In this document: in pieces, positions 1 through 11,122 of the stretch
How positions within the stretch are numbered: the stretch's first letter is position 1
How the letters are laid out: each line of letters begins with the position of its first letter
Assembly (NCBI GenBank): GCA_018985235.1
Contig: JADGIG010000004.1
Location: forward strand, 1 to 64,000
DNA: 64,000 nucleotides
Source of the DNA: Sanchytrium tribonematis
Lineage: Eukaryota
Direction of reading: 5' to 3'
Translations under genes and position numbers: made by a program
Notes under the pieces: generated by a model
Databases searched by the model: none
Told to the model about the DNA's origin: nothing
Seen by the model: the letters and a program-made list of their open reading frames with translations, nothing else

Positions 1-658
1 GCAAAAGAATCAAGAGACCATAGCCGTCAAATGAATCTAATATTTCTCGATCTACTAAACATGAGATTATATTTAGTAGCATTGGTTTTTTCTTGTGCAA
101 TTGACTTACTTCAACCACTTTATCTTTAAGCCTAGAGGGCTGCGTTCTTATGAGCTTAAAAATTTTTTCACAAAGACACAACAGTTTGACAGACTTGATT
201 CCATGTTCTAAAACTAGCAGATCAAGTATATCAATTAGTGTAGAAGAAATTTCTAAATGCTCTAAAAGGTCGTCGATCCTAGAAGATAGGGCAATTTTTT
301 TCATGTGCAGCAAATCGTATAAAAGTTTTTTGTCGGATACTAACATCAAAAAGTTGCTATCAATGTCTTGCAATTTGAGAATAAAGTCCTCCAACAACTC
401 ATTATGTATTTGTTGAGATAGCAATTTGTTCCAATTAATTAATTTCAGACATTCGGAATTCCTGCAACAACTATTATACAATAATATCAAAGTCTCTTCG
501 AAGGCTAATGATTTTTCATAAATAGGACTTGTTGACCAAAGATGTATCGATTTTATTGTGAAATCGGAGCTATTAGTTGTCACGATCAAGTTGCTGAGTC
601 TCATTATATTAGCTTTAATATTCTCGCCACTCAAAATTATTTTGATTTCTGCTGTCAT
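1..658 (-). CDS. Hypothetical protein, partial (runs off the window edge)
   Basis: Open frame from ATG 658 (MTAEIKIILSGENIK...) to base 1 with no stop; absent from the ORF track; no family recognised. Confidence 0.7.
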   Translation of the reverse strand, partial: MTAEIKIILSGENIKANIMRLSNLIVTTNSSDFTIKSIHLWSTSPIYEKSLAFEETLILLYNSCCRNSECLKLINWNKLLSQQIHNELLEDFILKLQDIDSNFLMLVSDKKLLYDLLHMKKIALSSRIDDLLEHLEISSTLIDILDLLVLEHGIKSVKLLCLCEKIFKLIRTQPSRLKDKVVEVSQLHKKKPMLLNIISCLVDREILDSFDGYGLLILL

Positions 659-672
659 AGAATGGACTCCTT

Positions 673-1104
673 TTATTCTCTATTTTTGCTGTCGATACAG
701 ATTGTTACCGGGCCATCATTTTGAATATTCACAACCATCATCTTCCCAAACTGTCCATTCAAAACTTTGCCATGCCTTTGTTTTAATTTATCGAGGAAAA
801 CGTTGTACATTTTTTCCGCTTCTGCTGTGCCCATTGCATTTCGGAAATCTGGCTTCGTTCCTTTCTTTGTTTTAGCCGCTAAGGTGAATTGGGAAATGCT
901 TAGAATGTCCTTGTTGGCGGCATTATCTGACCAACTATTGAAAAGTCTCAAATTTAAGCACTTATTAACGCACCAATCCAGATCATCGTCTGTATCTCCA
1001 TCCAATAGACCCACCAATAGTACGAGACCCTGCCCAATTTCGCTTATCACTTTTTTTTCCACGCTTACGCTTGCAGATAATACTCGCTGTATTACAATTC
1101 TCAT
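673..1104 (-). CDS. DTD1: D-aminoacyl-tRNA deacylase
   Basis: MRIVIQRV N-terminus, SQFTL motif, NDGPVT Gly-Pro motif. Confidence 0.95.
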   Translation of the reverse strand: MRIVIQRVLSASVSVEKKVISEIGQGLVLLVGLLDGDTDDDLDWCVNKCLNLRLFNSWSDNAANKDILSISQFTLAAKTKKGTKPDFRNAMGTAEAEKMYNVFLDKLKQRHGKVLNGQFGKMMVVNIQNDGPVTICIDSKNRE

Positions 1105-1118
1105 AATAAAACAAAGGA

Positions 1119-3425
1119 ATGAAACATAAGCTTGACATCATTCAGCAATCACTCAATATATATAAAAAGCCAAAGGTATCATTTGAATCATCTAGTGAAG
1201 AAGAAAATAACAACATAATTGTAGATGAAAATGTTTTTGAAAAAGTGGCGCAAAAAGCGAAAGAGGATTTGAATAACATCACCGGGAAAGAATTGGAAAG
1301 ACCGTTGAACCACTTAGAAGAGGATGAAATCGATATTGTTGAATTAGCCCAATCATTAAATAAAAGCAAAGAATTTGAAGATGTCGACCATTCAAAAATT
1401 AATTATGAGAAAATACAAAAGAAGTTTTACCAAGAATCAACAGAGATTGAAAATTTAACGCAAGATGAAGTTTTGAAGCTGAGGGAGACAATGGATGGAA
1501 TCCGAGTGAAGGGTAGAAAATGTCCAAAGCCAATTCAAAATTGGGAACAGGCTGGACTCCCACATGCATGTAATCGAATACTTACTGAGGAATTAAAATT
1601 CTCGCAGCCTACTCCAATTCAGTGCCAGGCGTTGCCCATTGCCTTGAGTGGAAGAGATCTCATTGGAATCGCCAAAACGGGTTCTGGAAAGTCACTTGCG
1701 TTTCTGCTTCCTTTACTTCGACATGCTATTACTCAAAGACCATTGGAACCGGGCGATGGACCAATTGGTGTAATCTTGGCACCCACAAGAGAGCTGGCAA
1801 ATCAAATTTACAAAGACTGTAAAATATTCTTAAAAAGCACAAATTTAAAAGCTGTATGCGCTTATGGGGGCTCCAATATATCATCTAACATATCTGATTT
1901 AAGAAAAACCGCCCACATTTTGGTTTCAACTCCAGGCAGAATGATTGACCTGATGAATGCAGGCTCTGGCAAAATCTTGAAATTGACAAGAGTTACGTAT
2001 TTTGTCTTGGATGAGGCCGACCGTATGTTTGATCTCGGTTTTGAACCGCAAGTGATGAAAATTGTTCGAAATGTTCGACCTGATGCTCAAAAGCTGCTCT
2101 TTTCTGCCACATTTCCAAGGCAAATGGAGGCTTTAGCTAGGAAAATTTTAGTCAAGCCTATTCAAATTATTGTCGGAGGTGTAAGCGTTGTTTGTAACGA
2201 TGTAAAACTACACGTGGAGGTATTCTACGAAGAAGAAAAGAAATGGTGGCGCCTTCTTGAAGTGCTGGGCTTGGAATTTGAGAACAACCCAGACGCAAGA
2301 GTTCTTATTTTTGTGGACAAGCAGGAAAATTGCGATTATCTGCTTGGAGAGTTATTTAAAAGAGGATATTCTTCGATGACTTTACACGGTGGAATGGATC
2401 AGAGTGAACGAGATAGCGTAATTTTTGATTTTAAAAATGGTAATATTTCAATCGTCATAGCAACTTCGGTGGCTGCAAGAGGACTTGATGTCAAGGGTCT
2501 TACGGTTGTTGTGAACTACGATTGTCCAAATCATTACGAAGACTTTATACATAGATGTGGTAGAACAGGTCGCGCTGGTAATAAAGGTGTGGCTTACACA
2601 TTTATCCAGAGAGATCAAGAAAGGTATGCCCCTGAAATAGAAAGAGCTCTAAAATCATCAAAAACTCCCATCCCGGACGAATTAGCTAAACTCGTTTCTA
2701 CTTTTAATCAAAAATATGAAAAAGGGGAGGTTGAAAAACCTAATTCCGGATTTAGTGGCAAAGGATTAGATAGGATTGAATCTCAACGGGAAGAAGTCAA
2801 AAAGCTTCACAAACTAGTTGCCAAATCCGCATCAGGTGAAAAGTATTCAGAGAGCAGCGACGACGATGATGATATTGCTGAAATTTACAAGGCGGGTCCT
2901 CAAAAAGAAAAGAATGCAAAAAAAGAAGACAGCGACGAAATCTTTTTGTTAGAAGAAACACCCTATAGAACTGCATTACAGCTTTCAGATCCTTACAATA
3001 CTTTAGTTCCAACAAGCAAAGGCGCAATGAGGGGCATAGACTATATAAAAATGGCAGAGGATAAGATGAAGAAAGCATTTGCTACTGGAAAAATTATCAA
3101 GATTAGGACCACAGACAGTGCATTTATGTTCAAAACAGAAGTTGAGATAAATGATTATCCTGCAAAAACTAGGTTTAGAGTTACTGCGAAAGAGCAACTT
3201 AATGCATTCCATGAGATGTCAGGTGCAGTCGTAACGGTCAGAGGAAGATATTACCCAGCTGGGTACCGACCACGCCGAAACGAGGAAAAGAAATTGTTTA
3301 TTGGTATTGAAAGTGGCTCTTATGACATGGTCGAAAAAGCTAGGAAAGAAATTATGCGAGAATTGTCAGATGCCGCTTCTGAGCCATTGGAATTTGGAAA
3401 TTCTAGTAGATATTCAGTGACTTGA
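1119..3425 (+). CDS. PRP5: Pre-mRNA splicing DEAD-box helicase Prp5/DDX46
   Basis: AKTGSGKS, DEADRMFDLGFEPQV, HRCGRTGRAG; Prp5-type C-terminus (EINDYPAKTR...GRYYP, ending RYSVT). Confidence 0.92.
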   Translation: MKHKLDIIQQSLNIYKKPKVSFESSSEEENNNIIVDENVFEKVAQKAKEDLNNITGKELERPLNHLEEDEIDIVELAQSLNKSKEFEDVDHSKINYEKIQKKFYQESTEIENLTQDEVLKLRETMDGIRVKGRKCPKPIQNWEQAGLPHACNRILTEELKFSQPTPIQCQALPIALSGRDLIGIAKTGSGKSLAFLLPLLRHAITQRPLEPGDGPIGVILAPTRELANQIYKDCKIFLKSTNLKAVCAYGGSNISSNISDLRKTAHILVSTPGRMIDLMNAGSGKILKLTRVTYFVLDEADRMFDLGFEPQVMKIVRNVRPDAQKLLFSATFPRQMEALARKILVKPIQIIVGGVSVVCNDVKLHVEVFYEEEKKWWRLLEVLGLEFENNPDARVLIFVDKQENCDYLLGELFKRGYSSMTLHGGMDQSERDSVIFDFKNGNISIVIATSVAARGLDVKGLTVVVNYDCPNHYEDFIHRCGRTGRAGNKGVAYTFIQRDQERYAPEIERALKSSKTPIPDELAKLVSTFNQKYEKGEVEKPNSGFSGKGLDRIESQREEVKKLHKLVAKSASGEKYSESSDDDDDIAEIYKAGPQKEKNAKKEDSDEIFLLEETPYRTALQLSDPYNTLVPTSKGAMRGIDYIKMAEDKMKKAFATGKIIKIRTTDSAFMFKTEVEINDYPAKTRFRVTAKEQLNAFHEMSGAVVTVRGRYYPAGYRPRRNEEKKLFIGIESGSYDMVEKARKEIMRELSDAASEPLEFGNSSRYSVT

Positions 3426-3426
3426 T

Positions 3427-3690
3427 TTATTTTGTCTTGCCTTTTAATAAATAAACTATTGGTCCTCTATGAAATACAAGTTCTAGCTCTTTATTAAATG
3501 TGTCTGATGCTTGTGGGATATCCTTGGTGAAGTCCTGGAAAGATGGCAACTTATCAAATTTACTTTCATCAACTTGGGTAAGGTCTTTATGACTAAGGAA
3601 ATTTGGGTTCGCAACTTTAACTAATTTGTAACTGGCTTGGTCAAAGCTTATGCTCCTCTTAATTTTTCGAGGAAACCAGTAGGAACTCAT
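3427..3690 (-). CDS. Hypothetical small protein (87 aa)
   Basis: ATG ORF that fills the gap between neighbours; no family recognised. Confidence 0.55.
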   Translation of the reverse strand: MSSYWFPRKIKRSISFDQASYKLVKVANPNFLSHKDLTQVDESKFDKLPSFQDFTKDIPQASDTFNKELELVFHRGPIVYLLKGKTK

Positions 3691-3742
3691 GATTCCTTGA
3701 CAATGCTTAGATTTTCTTAAATCTCCCTAAAACATTAGTAAA

Positions 3743-4333
3743 ATGGACAATATCAAAAATGAGCAATTTCAAAAGACAATGGCATTTTTGAACGAAGGAA
3801 AAATATATTATAGATCGGCTATTCTCAATAATAATATTTCTGATTTACATCATGCATTAATATACATCAAAGCTGCTTGCTCCGATTTAATTAAATATGG
3901 TTTAACCGATGCCACTGCTGCATATTGGTGCGCCTTGGTGTACTCTCGCCTTTCTGTTTCCTATTTTAAGAAGGAAGACTATACTCGTTCACTTGAACAC
4001 GCAGAAAAAGGCCTACACTTGATCGAAAAAATATCACAAAAATGGGACATAGATTCCACCGATATGGATCCTTCTGATTCACCAGATTTATTACAGGTGA
4101 GGCTATACTACGCGAAAGGAGCTTGTAGTCTTAGGATAGGTAATCATGAAGAGGCAGAAAAATATCTTCGCCTTGGTCTTGAGTTAAATCCTAACCATAA
4201 CGAGCTAACAAATGCGTTTCACGAAGCTCAATCAGAATTAGATACATTTCAAAGAGATCGAAGCATTGGCAGATACAAAAGAGAAGATGAATCGGAACTT
4301 CGAAGAAAAGTACCGCATAGTTTTGAAGGATAA
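3743..4333 (+). CDS. TPR-repeat protein
   Basis: TPR-like helices, e.g. LYYAKGACSLRIGNHEEAEKYLRLGLELNPNH. Confidence 0.75.
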   Translation: MDNIKNEQFQKTMAFLNEGKIYYRSAILNNNISDLHHALIYIKAACSDLIKYGLTDATAAYWCALVYSRLSVSYFKKEDYTRSLEHAEKGLHLIEKISQKWDIDSTDMDPSDSPDLLQVRLYYAKGACSLRIGNHEEAEKYLRLGLELNPNHNELTNAFHEAQSELDTFQRDRSIGRYKREDESELRRKVPHSFEG

Positions 4334-4349
4334 TTAAATACATAGCACT

Positions 4350-5249
4350 TTATAAGTTCTCCAATTCGTGTCTTAAGTCTGCAATGTGCTTGTCCAGGGC
4401 ATTTAATTGAGAATTTTTCTTATGAATTCTGTTTGTTCCAGCACTATCCTCCAAAGTTCGACGCTCTTTCGTGTATTTATCCAATAAATTATTCAATTGT
4501 GCTCTTTGAGTAGAATGCATGGAAGTCGTGGACGAGGGAACTTTAGACTTCGTAGGGGTTTTAATCGACCAATCTGTTGCGACATTGTGCTTTCCGCTAG
4601 CAGAGTCCGATTGGTAATCTGAGAAAATATCAGATTTGTGTGAAGGCATATCATCTGCTCGTTTTTGAAATTTTGAAGCCGATCGATCTGAAAGATTTCC
4701 ATTAATATTAGCTTCACTTTGGTTTCTAGATTTTATATACTGCATGACATCTGTGACTCCAATGACTGTATTTGCACAAATATCTTCTAATTTTGAAATA
4801 GCAACTTGTAAATCATTTGTATTTGTATTAGAATTGCTTTGAGCCTCAGTATGAAAGTATTTCAAATCAGCTTCTAAATGGGCAACTCTTCTTTCTAGAT
4901 CATTGTATTTGCCTAATAATTCAGAATAATTTTGCTTTCGCTGCTGGTCTTCTAGAAAGTCTAATTTGTTTATCAGTCCCCTGTAATTTTCTTGTTGTAA
5001 ATTCAATGCAGTCATAAATTTATCGAATAAAAAATGCGGTGCTTCAACTAATGATTCATTGACTTCCTGAAGAAATTGACTTTGTTGTTTGAAATGTTTA
5101 AATTCTGGAGAGTTAGTTAGGTCGCTTTGCTGAATTGAATCATTGTCAGATAACAATTCCAGATTATTTTTCACACTTTCCACTTCTTCCTCATATTCAA
5201 TTTCTACTGTTTTTTCCTCTGATATCAATTTGCTTTGGGTGTCTGACAT
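4350..5249 (-). CDS. Coiled-coil hypothetical protein
   Basis: Long ORF, first ATG at 5249 (MSDTQSK); heptad-rich segments. Confidence 0.7.
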   Translation of the reverse strand: MSDTQSKLISEEKTVEIEYEEEVESVKNNLELLSDNDSIQQSDLTNSPEFKHFKQQSQFLQEVNESLVEAPHFLFDKFMTALNLQQENYRGLINKLDFLEDQQRKQNYSELLGKYNDLERRVAHLEADLKYFHTEAQSNSNTNTNDLQVAISKLEDICANTVIGVTDVMQYIKSRNQSEANINGNLSDRSASKFQKRADDMPSHKSDIFSDYQSDSASGKHNVATDWSIKTPTKSKVPSSTTSMHSTQRAQLNNLLDKYTKERRTLEDSAGTNRIHKKNSQLNALDKHIADLRHELENL

Positions 5250-5325
5250 GTAAAAATGTAACAAGTTTCTAAATGGCAAAGCTGGGGCTTGTTTTATTTT
5301 ATTTTAAAAAAATCTGTGGACAGTT

Positions 5326-6084
5326 TTACTGGGTTCTATGTGTCACAGAAGCAGAAGCCTGTGCGGTAGGAAAAATAACCAATTCCGCGATTTGAACATG
5401 AGGCGGTGTATTTGCACAGTAACAGATGCTATCAGCTACATCATCTCCCACCAACGGCTGTAGCCCTTTGTAAACTTGCTTAGCTTTTTCTTTATCACTG
5501 CGAAATCTTATTTCCGAAAATTCAGTCTCCACCAGTCCAGGCAAAATCTCAGTGACTTTAATAGGCGTTGACATCAACTCAAATCTTAATGATTTAGTGA
5601 TAGCATGAACAGCATGCTTGGTGGCACAATAAATAGAACCACCTGGATATGCCTCTACGCCTGCAATAGATCCAACGTTAATAATATGGCCGTATGGTTT
5701 CTTTTGCATTTTTTTCAAAACTTCTTGAGTTACCCAAGCGAGACCTTTGATGTTTGTATTGATCATCGTATCCATATCATCGGCATTGACATCTTTGAGG
5801 TGCTCCACTCCAATCACAAGACCAGCATTGTTTACAACAATGTCAGCATCTACATCTCGTAAAACCTCTGTAATTGATGCTTTATTTTGTATGTCACAAG
5901 AAAAGCACTTGACATCAATAGCTGGATGTTGCTTATTGATTTCATCTTTGATTGATTCAAGTTTACTCATTCTTCTACTAAGCAAAATCAATTCTTTTGG
6001 GTTATGCTTGGCAAATTTGAAAGCACAACTCTTTCCGATGCCTGCGCTGGCTCCAGTGATCAAAACAGTCTTATTGAGAATCAT
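5326..6084 (-). CDS. Short-chain dehydrogenase/reductase (YdfG/YMR226C-like)
   Basis: TGASAGIG, NNAG, YCATK, PGLVETEFS; ATG at 6084. Confidence 0.93.
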   Translation of the reverse strand: MILNKTVLITGASAGIGKSCAFKFAKHNPKELILLSRRMSKLESIKDEINKQHPAIDVKCFSCDIQNKASITEVLRDVDADIVVNNAGLVIGVEHLKDVNADDMDTMINTNIKGLAWVTQEVLKKMQKKPYGHIINVGSIAGVEAYPGGSIYCATKHAVHAITKSLRFELMSTPIKVTEILPGLVETEFSEIRFRSDKEKAKQVYKGLQPLVGDDVADSICYCANTPPHVQIAELVIFPTAQASASVTHRTQ

Positions 6085-6115
6085 AGGGGTAATTACACTA
6101 AACAAGCAAAATTAA

Positions 6116-6189
6116 TGGTCACTGGCGGGCTTGAACCGCCGACCTTCGAGTTATTAGCTCGACGATCTAACCAACTGATCTAAGCGACC
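6116..6189 (-). tRNA. tRNA-Ile (anticodon AAT)
   Basis: GGTCGCTTAGATCAGTTGGTTAGATCGTCGAGCTAATAACTCGAAGGTCGGCGGTTCAAGCCCGCCAGTGACCA: acceptor GGTCGCT/AGTGACC, anticodon stem TCGAG/CTCGA, T-loop GTTCAAG, followed by TTAATTTT. Confidence 0.97.
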
Positions 6190-6231
6190 TCTGTTTCAAA
6201 GAATGATTTGGACACCTATCACAAGCATTTA

Positions 6232-9061
6232 TTATCTGAATTGTGTGAAGCTTGGTCTCGAGAAATTTGACTGCTGTTGGCTAAATTAAAATAAATTACT
6301 TTTGAGAATTGTCTGCACCGAATATATTTTGAGACTGATTTTGTTGTGAATTTTGTAAGAACGGATTATTTTGTTGTGGGTCTTGGCTAAATCCACCCCC
6401 ATTGCTTGGTTGGAATCCAAAATTTTGCTGTTGGTTAGATTGCACAAAACCCTGATTTTGTGAATATTTTGCAAAACCTCCACCGCTTGGAACATTGGTT
6501 ACAGCTGGCCGAAAGGAAGAATTGAACGCTAAGGTGGACGGGGAGCCAAAGCCAGGATTCGATATATTTAGCGATTGATTAAACCCTGTGGATTGCGAGG
6601 ACGGTTTAAATCCAAAAGTGTTTGATGTCTCGGGTTTTGCAGGAGTGCTGGTAGCTATGTTTTCTTCCATATCCATGGTATCTAAATCCAAATCGACTTG
6701 AGACTCACTTGCTGCTTCAACCTTTGATTCCGTTTTTTTAGTTTCTATTTTTGTTTGAATTGTATCTTTCACTTCTTTCTCCAAGTCGGGCTTTTTTAAT
6801 TCTTTCTTAGATATATTTTGTATTAAGTCAGGTTTTTCCACTGATTTCAATGATTCATTAGATTTTAATTCTGCAGCTTCAGCTAAATTAAGGCCTTCTT
6901 TTACAAACACACTATCAGCTTTTTGTTCATTATTCTTCGTTGAATTTTGATCAGTAAACTTGGACAAAGAATTGCTTGAAAAATTGGGTGGGTTATTCTT
7001 TGCTTCAGGTTTAGCCGTTGTGTTTGAGTCTGGCTTTCCCACTTGTCTATTTTCAATGGTACCAATAGTCTTGTTTGACTTAGGTTTTTCCACAACGCTA
7101 ATGTTTTTCGGTGATTTTTTGGCCAAAGGAGAATCCTCAACATTTTCAACTTTGAAATTTTTAAAGTCATTCTGGGAAAATGTATCATGTTTTTTTGGTA
7201 ATTCGAGTTCTTCCAGTTTTAAAGGCGATTCGCCTTTTCTAGGTTTTGAAGGAGAATAAATAGAAGTAGTCACTCTTTTAAAAGGGCGAACTGTTCTCTT
7301 CGGTTTAATGACAATGTTCTCAATTTTAGATTGAAGTCCTTGTATAGCAGGTTCAATAGATTCAAACTGGCATTCTAATTTGTATATAAAAGTTTTGGTT
7401 TTTAATATTAAATCTTGAATTTGTATGTTATCTACGACTATATCTGATTTGAAATTTTCCATTTCAACTATTTTTTGCTCCAACATCTGTAGTTTTTCGT
7501 TCATCTCTTTTTCAATATTGGCCAGTTGACTTTCTTCAAATGGTTGCTTATGCAGTCTTGCGTTTTCACAATTTTGAATTGCTCCATATTGCTTTCTCAG
7601 TACTAGTAATTGGTCTAAATGATGTAGCATTTGCCCTTCTACTCTTTTAAGATACTTATTTTGCAGAATACACTTGTTTTTAAGTTCTCTATGATCTCTG
7701 AGAGGAGCTTTTTGTGGCAAATTAATCTGCTTTATATCATCAAGAGACCGCAAATCACTATTAAAGTCATGAATTATTTTAATAATTGTGTCTTTATATT
7801 CCGAATCGATAATCTGATGTTCAAAATTATCAAAATTAGAATTTTTGGCTGAATTGATCTCCTTTTTTAATGGAATGCTAGTCAAAGGCATATCGCCTAC
7901 TAGTTCTTTCTCTTTTTTTTCAAGATTTGTTGTTGAAGAATTAAGGTTTACATTTGTAGTTTTATCCTTTATAGCAGATTTTTTCAAAGCCAAAGAATCT
8001 GCATTCTCGCTCACTTCTTGCTTTTTCGACACATCCCTATCTTGAGGCATAGGAATTTGGGAAGGCTTGATCATTTCGTCACATGTCTTCGAAAATTGAT
8101 TAATCAGGAAATATGACTGTACGACATCAGAAGAGAGCAAAATAAAAACAGGTTGCGGTGAAATGTCTTCGGGGTCTATATCGGGCTTGAGTGATGGAAG
8201 TGAAACGGTAGGATAAAAAGACACTAAAAATTGGTTAGATCCTAGAGGTGAGAAATCCTCACCGAGAGGAGTTGTAATCATGCTATTTTCGCTGATTGCA
8301 ACTGGCTTGATATTCGATCCCATCTTCTCAAAGACAGCAACATCCCCTGCTGTATTCCTCCCAATTATCAATAAGGAATGGCCATGTATTTTATGGGATA
8401 AAATACAATGAATTGGAGGCTCGAAGCTCTCGTCGAGCAATTCGTCTGACAATAAAGCAAATTTAGAATTTGCATTATTTAAATCGTCAAATTTGATATA
8501 TTTTAATTGCAAATCTCCGTCAGAAAAGCTGATTAATACGAGTTCCTCAACAACAAATACATTCTGTACGTTTGTTAAAGCTATGGTCGACACTAATTCC
8601 AAATCAGTATTTAGCACTGAAATTTGATTTTTTTGGACTAAAATTGCAAAGTTCTCATCATAATTAACAATCTCAATAATATTTTCAGCTATATTTCTAA
8701 GCTTCCCAGTTTCAGATCCAATTTTAATAATTTCCCCAAAAACACATTCAATTTGCGAACCCATTTCTATTTCTATTTCTTCATCTAAATTACCAATGTG
8801 TCTTTTGTAAATTGTATCTTGATAAACGTAGTAGATAAAAAGATCATTGTATATATATTGTGTGCATTTGGTCACTTCTTTGCACCGAACATCTGCGTTT
8901 TCTGTTCTTGTGCAAGCTAAGAAATGATCCAGCTCACATTGGTACAAAGTACCATCCCTGACGCAGAATAATAAATTGTATTTATCTATTATGCTTATTT
9001 TATTATAGGGAAATTTAAGAGAATGATTTAATTTGCACTGTTTTGGTATCAAGAATGACAT
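6232..9061 (-). CDS. Nup214/Nup159-like nucleoporin (2 exons)
   Basis: N-terminal beta-rich region, central coiled coil, C-terminal FG/QN-rich tail; removing intron 6281-6299 adds NQQQSNFSRPSFTQFR*. Confidence 0.7.
6281..6299 (-). other. 19-nt spliceosomal intron
   Basis: gtaatttattttaatttag; matches the intron consensus and yields a plausible terminal exon. Confidence 0.8.
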
Positions 9062-9220
9062 TGCTACAAAGGAGAAAAGTTAATTACAGTATAAATTAGC
9101 ATTCTAAATTCTCAAGAGGAATATAAAGATTTTGCGCGCTTGTGAATTACATAGTGCTAATTTAAGTTGAACTCTAGCTATAATTCTGAAACATTATTGA
9201 AGTTATCAATATATTTCAAA

Positions 9221-9421
9221 ATGAGTTTAAATTTTGACTTCAATTTTACATATGTCTTAGTATTCATTGGATTCCTAGGCGGAATGTTTGAGAATGATTA
9301 TCAAATATATTGTTTAATGATGCTCTTTGTTGGAATTCTATTAATAATGCTAAATGACTTTCAAAAAGAAAAGTATCTTTTATCAAGGTCCCAAGACTCT
9401 ACGGATACATTAGTGGAGTAA
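9221..9421 (+). CDS. Small two-TM hypothetical protein (66 aa)
   Basis: ATG 9221; two hydrophobic stretches. Confidence 0.45.
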   Translation: MSLNFDFNFTYVLVFIGFLGGMFENDYQIYCLMMLFVGILLIMLNDFQKEKYLLSRSQDSTDTLVE

Positions 9422-9470
9422 GCAATATTGCCGTGGGTAAATAAAATTTATTGAAAATACGGAATAAACT

Positions 9471-10184
9471 TTAATCAGAGTGAATATTATTATCTTTGTA
9501 TAAAAAATATTGTAAAAATACAGTAAGATCTAACCCTATTGTCCCTAAACTTCCTAATAGAAAAGGAAACTTGTTTGCTTCCCAAGTAAGAAGTACGGAC
9601 ATGCTGTATGTCAGATTACCAGCCAATGCGCAAGCAAACATAGTCATGCTTAAATTTTGTACAGATTTTCTTTGAAAATTAGTGTGAATTTGCGGAAGTC
9701 GACTAGTCAGATATAAAATGCAGCAAATCCAAGATATTGTTGTGCCTACGAGCTCAACATTACTATTTGATAGTCCATTGACTGGTGACGCTAAGAGCAA
9801 TGGAGAGAGTATACTGGGTGAAAGATTGTCAGAAATAAGTATAGATTCTCTGTCATTGTTTCTGTAATATACGCACTGAGAAAGTAAAGCAGTGTCGATA
9901 ATCACAAAATATGCTGCCAAGTAAATTTGAAAAGGCTTTTGTTGAGTCAATCGGCTACCTATCAGATTGCATATATCACCTAATAGCCATATTAATATGA
10001 ATTTAATATTGATGTATTTTTTATATTGGAAATTTTTTACAAGTTGTGGAATTTGGGCAAAAAGCCAAAAGCAGATGCTCGAATATCCCAGAATAAATGC
10101 AAAAAATTCCGAGTATGTATAGATACATTCGTGGAATAGAAGTGGTAACTCAAAATAACCATTTTCGCAACTAAAATTATCCAT
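9471..10184 (-). CDS. PQ-loop vacuolar/lysosomal amino-acid transporter (Ypq/PQLC2-like)
   Basis: Two PQ motifs (AQIPQL, SRLPQI), WLLGDICN, LGSLGT. Confidence 0.9.
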   Translation of the reverse strand: MDNFSCENGYFELPLLFHECIYTYSEFFAFILGYSSICFWLFAQIPQLVKNFQYKKYINIKFILIWLLGDICNLIGSRLTQQKPFQIYLAAYFVIIDTALLSQCVYYRNNDRESILISDNLSPSILSPLLLASPVNGLSNSNVELVGTTISWICCILYLTSRLPQIHTNFQRKSVQNLSMTMFACALAGNLTYSMSVLLTWEANKFPFLLGSLGTIGLDLTVFLQYFLYKDNNIHSD

Positions 10185-10381
10185 TTTAAATTAATATTGA
10201 AACTTGGAGAATTCAAAAGTTGTTTCCACCCTGCAAGTATAAAAATTTAAAAAATGGATCTTGCAGATAATCAGACAAAGTAAAGCAATTACTTGTTACA
10301 TTCGTGACTTATTTAACTACCAATCAAGAACAAGGGCTGAATTTATTATTAATTTAAAGTCGTCAAATTGAAAATCATCAC

Positions 10382-11122
10382 ATGGAGCTTACAAAAGCAG
10401 CTGAATTTGTGGACAGAAAAAGGTATAATGAAGCACTTGAAATTTATAAATCGATGGAGAAGTCAGCCCCTATATATTTCAATATTTCTGTCATTTTTAT
10501 TAAAAAAAGGAACTACGAAAAAGCCATAAAAACTCTATTAAAAGCCTTAAACTTAGATGACTCTTTAAGTATATGTCAATTTGCATTAGGAAATTGTTAT
10601 TATCGCATGCGAAATTATGAATACGCAATTTCTTCCTACAACGAATGTCTCATGACGCTTGATAAATCATCCATGGTAGATTATAAATACCAAGGGCTAG
10701 ATTTGGTACTTTTTGAATATGACATTCATATTGCATTAAAAATTTGTTACTCAAAATTAGGTGACAAAACTACTGCTAATTTTGAACTTGATTTAGCCAA
10801 AAAAAGTTATCCGGGACCTATTAGATCACATTTTTCAAAAATTGTAGATATTGTCAAAGTATTTCAACCAAAATTTGGCTTTAAAAAGCGTAAGTCGTCC
10901 AAAAATGGCACAACAATTAATTATGTATATTTGGGACGAACTTTTAAATCGGAAATCCCTCCATATACAAATTTAAAATTTTTAGTGCAGCTTCTGAGCG
11001 AAAAATGTGACGAAGCAATAGAGTTATTTGCTAATACCAATAACGATATGATGCCTATTATCGATGACACTGATTTGGAAAAAATTCTTGAGCGCCAAGA
11101 TGCAGTAATATTTTGTCAATAA
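10382..11122 (+). CDS. NADPH oxidase regulator NoxR/p67phox-like (TPR + PB1)
   Basis: TPRs followed by VDYKYQGLDLVL (cf. IDYxQLGL); C-terminal PB1-like IIDDTDL. Confidence 0.75.
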   Translation: MELTKAAEFVDRKRYNEALEIYKSMEKSAPIYFNISVIFIKKRNYEKAIKTLLKALNLDDSLSICQFALGNCYYRMRNYEYAISSYNECLMTLDKSSMVDYKYQGLDLVLFEYDIHIALKICYSKLGDKTTANFELDLAKKSYPGPIRSHFSKIVDIVKVFQPKFGFKKRKSSKNGTTINYVYLGRTFKSEIPPYTNLKFLVQLLSEKCDEAIELFANTNNDMMPIIDDTDLEKILERQDAVIFCQ

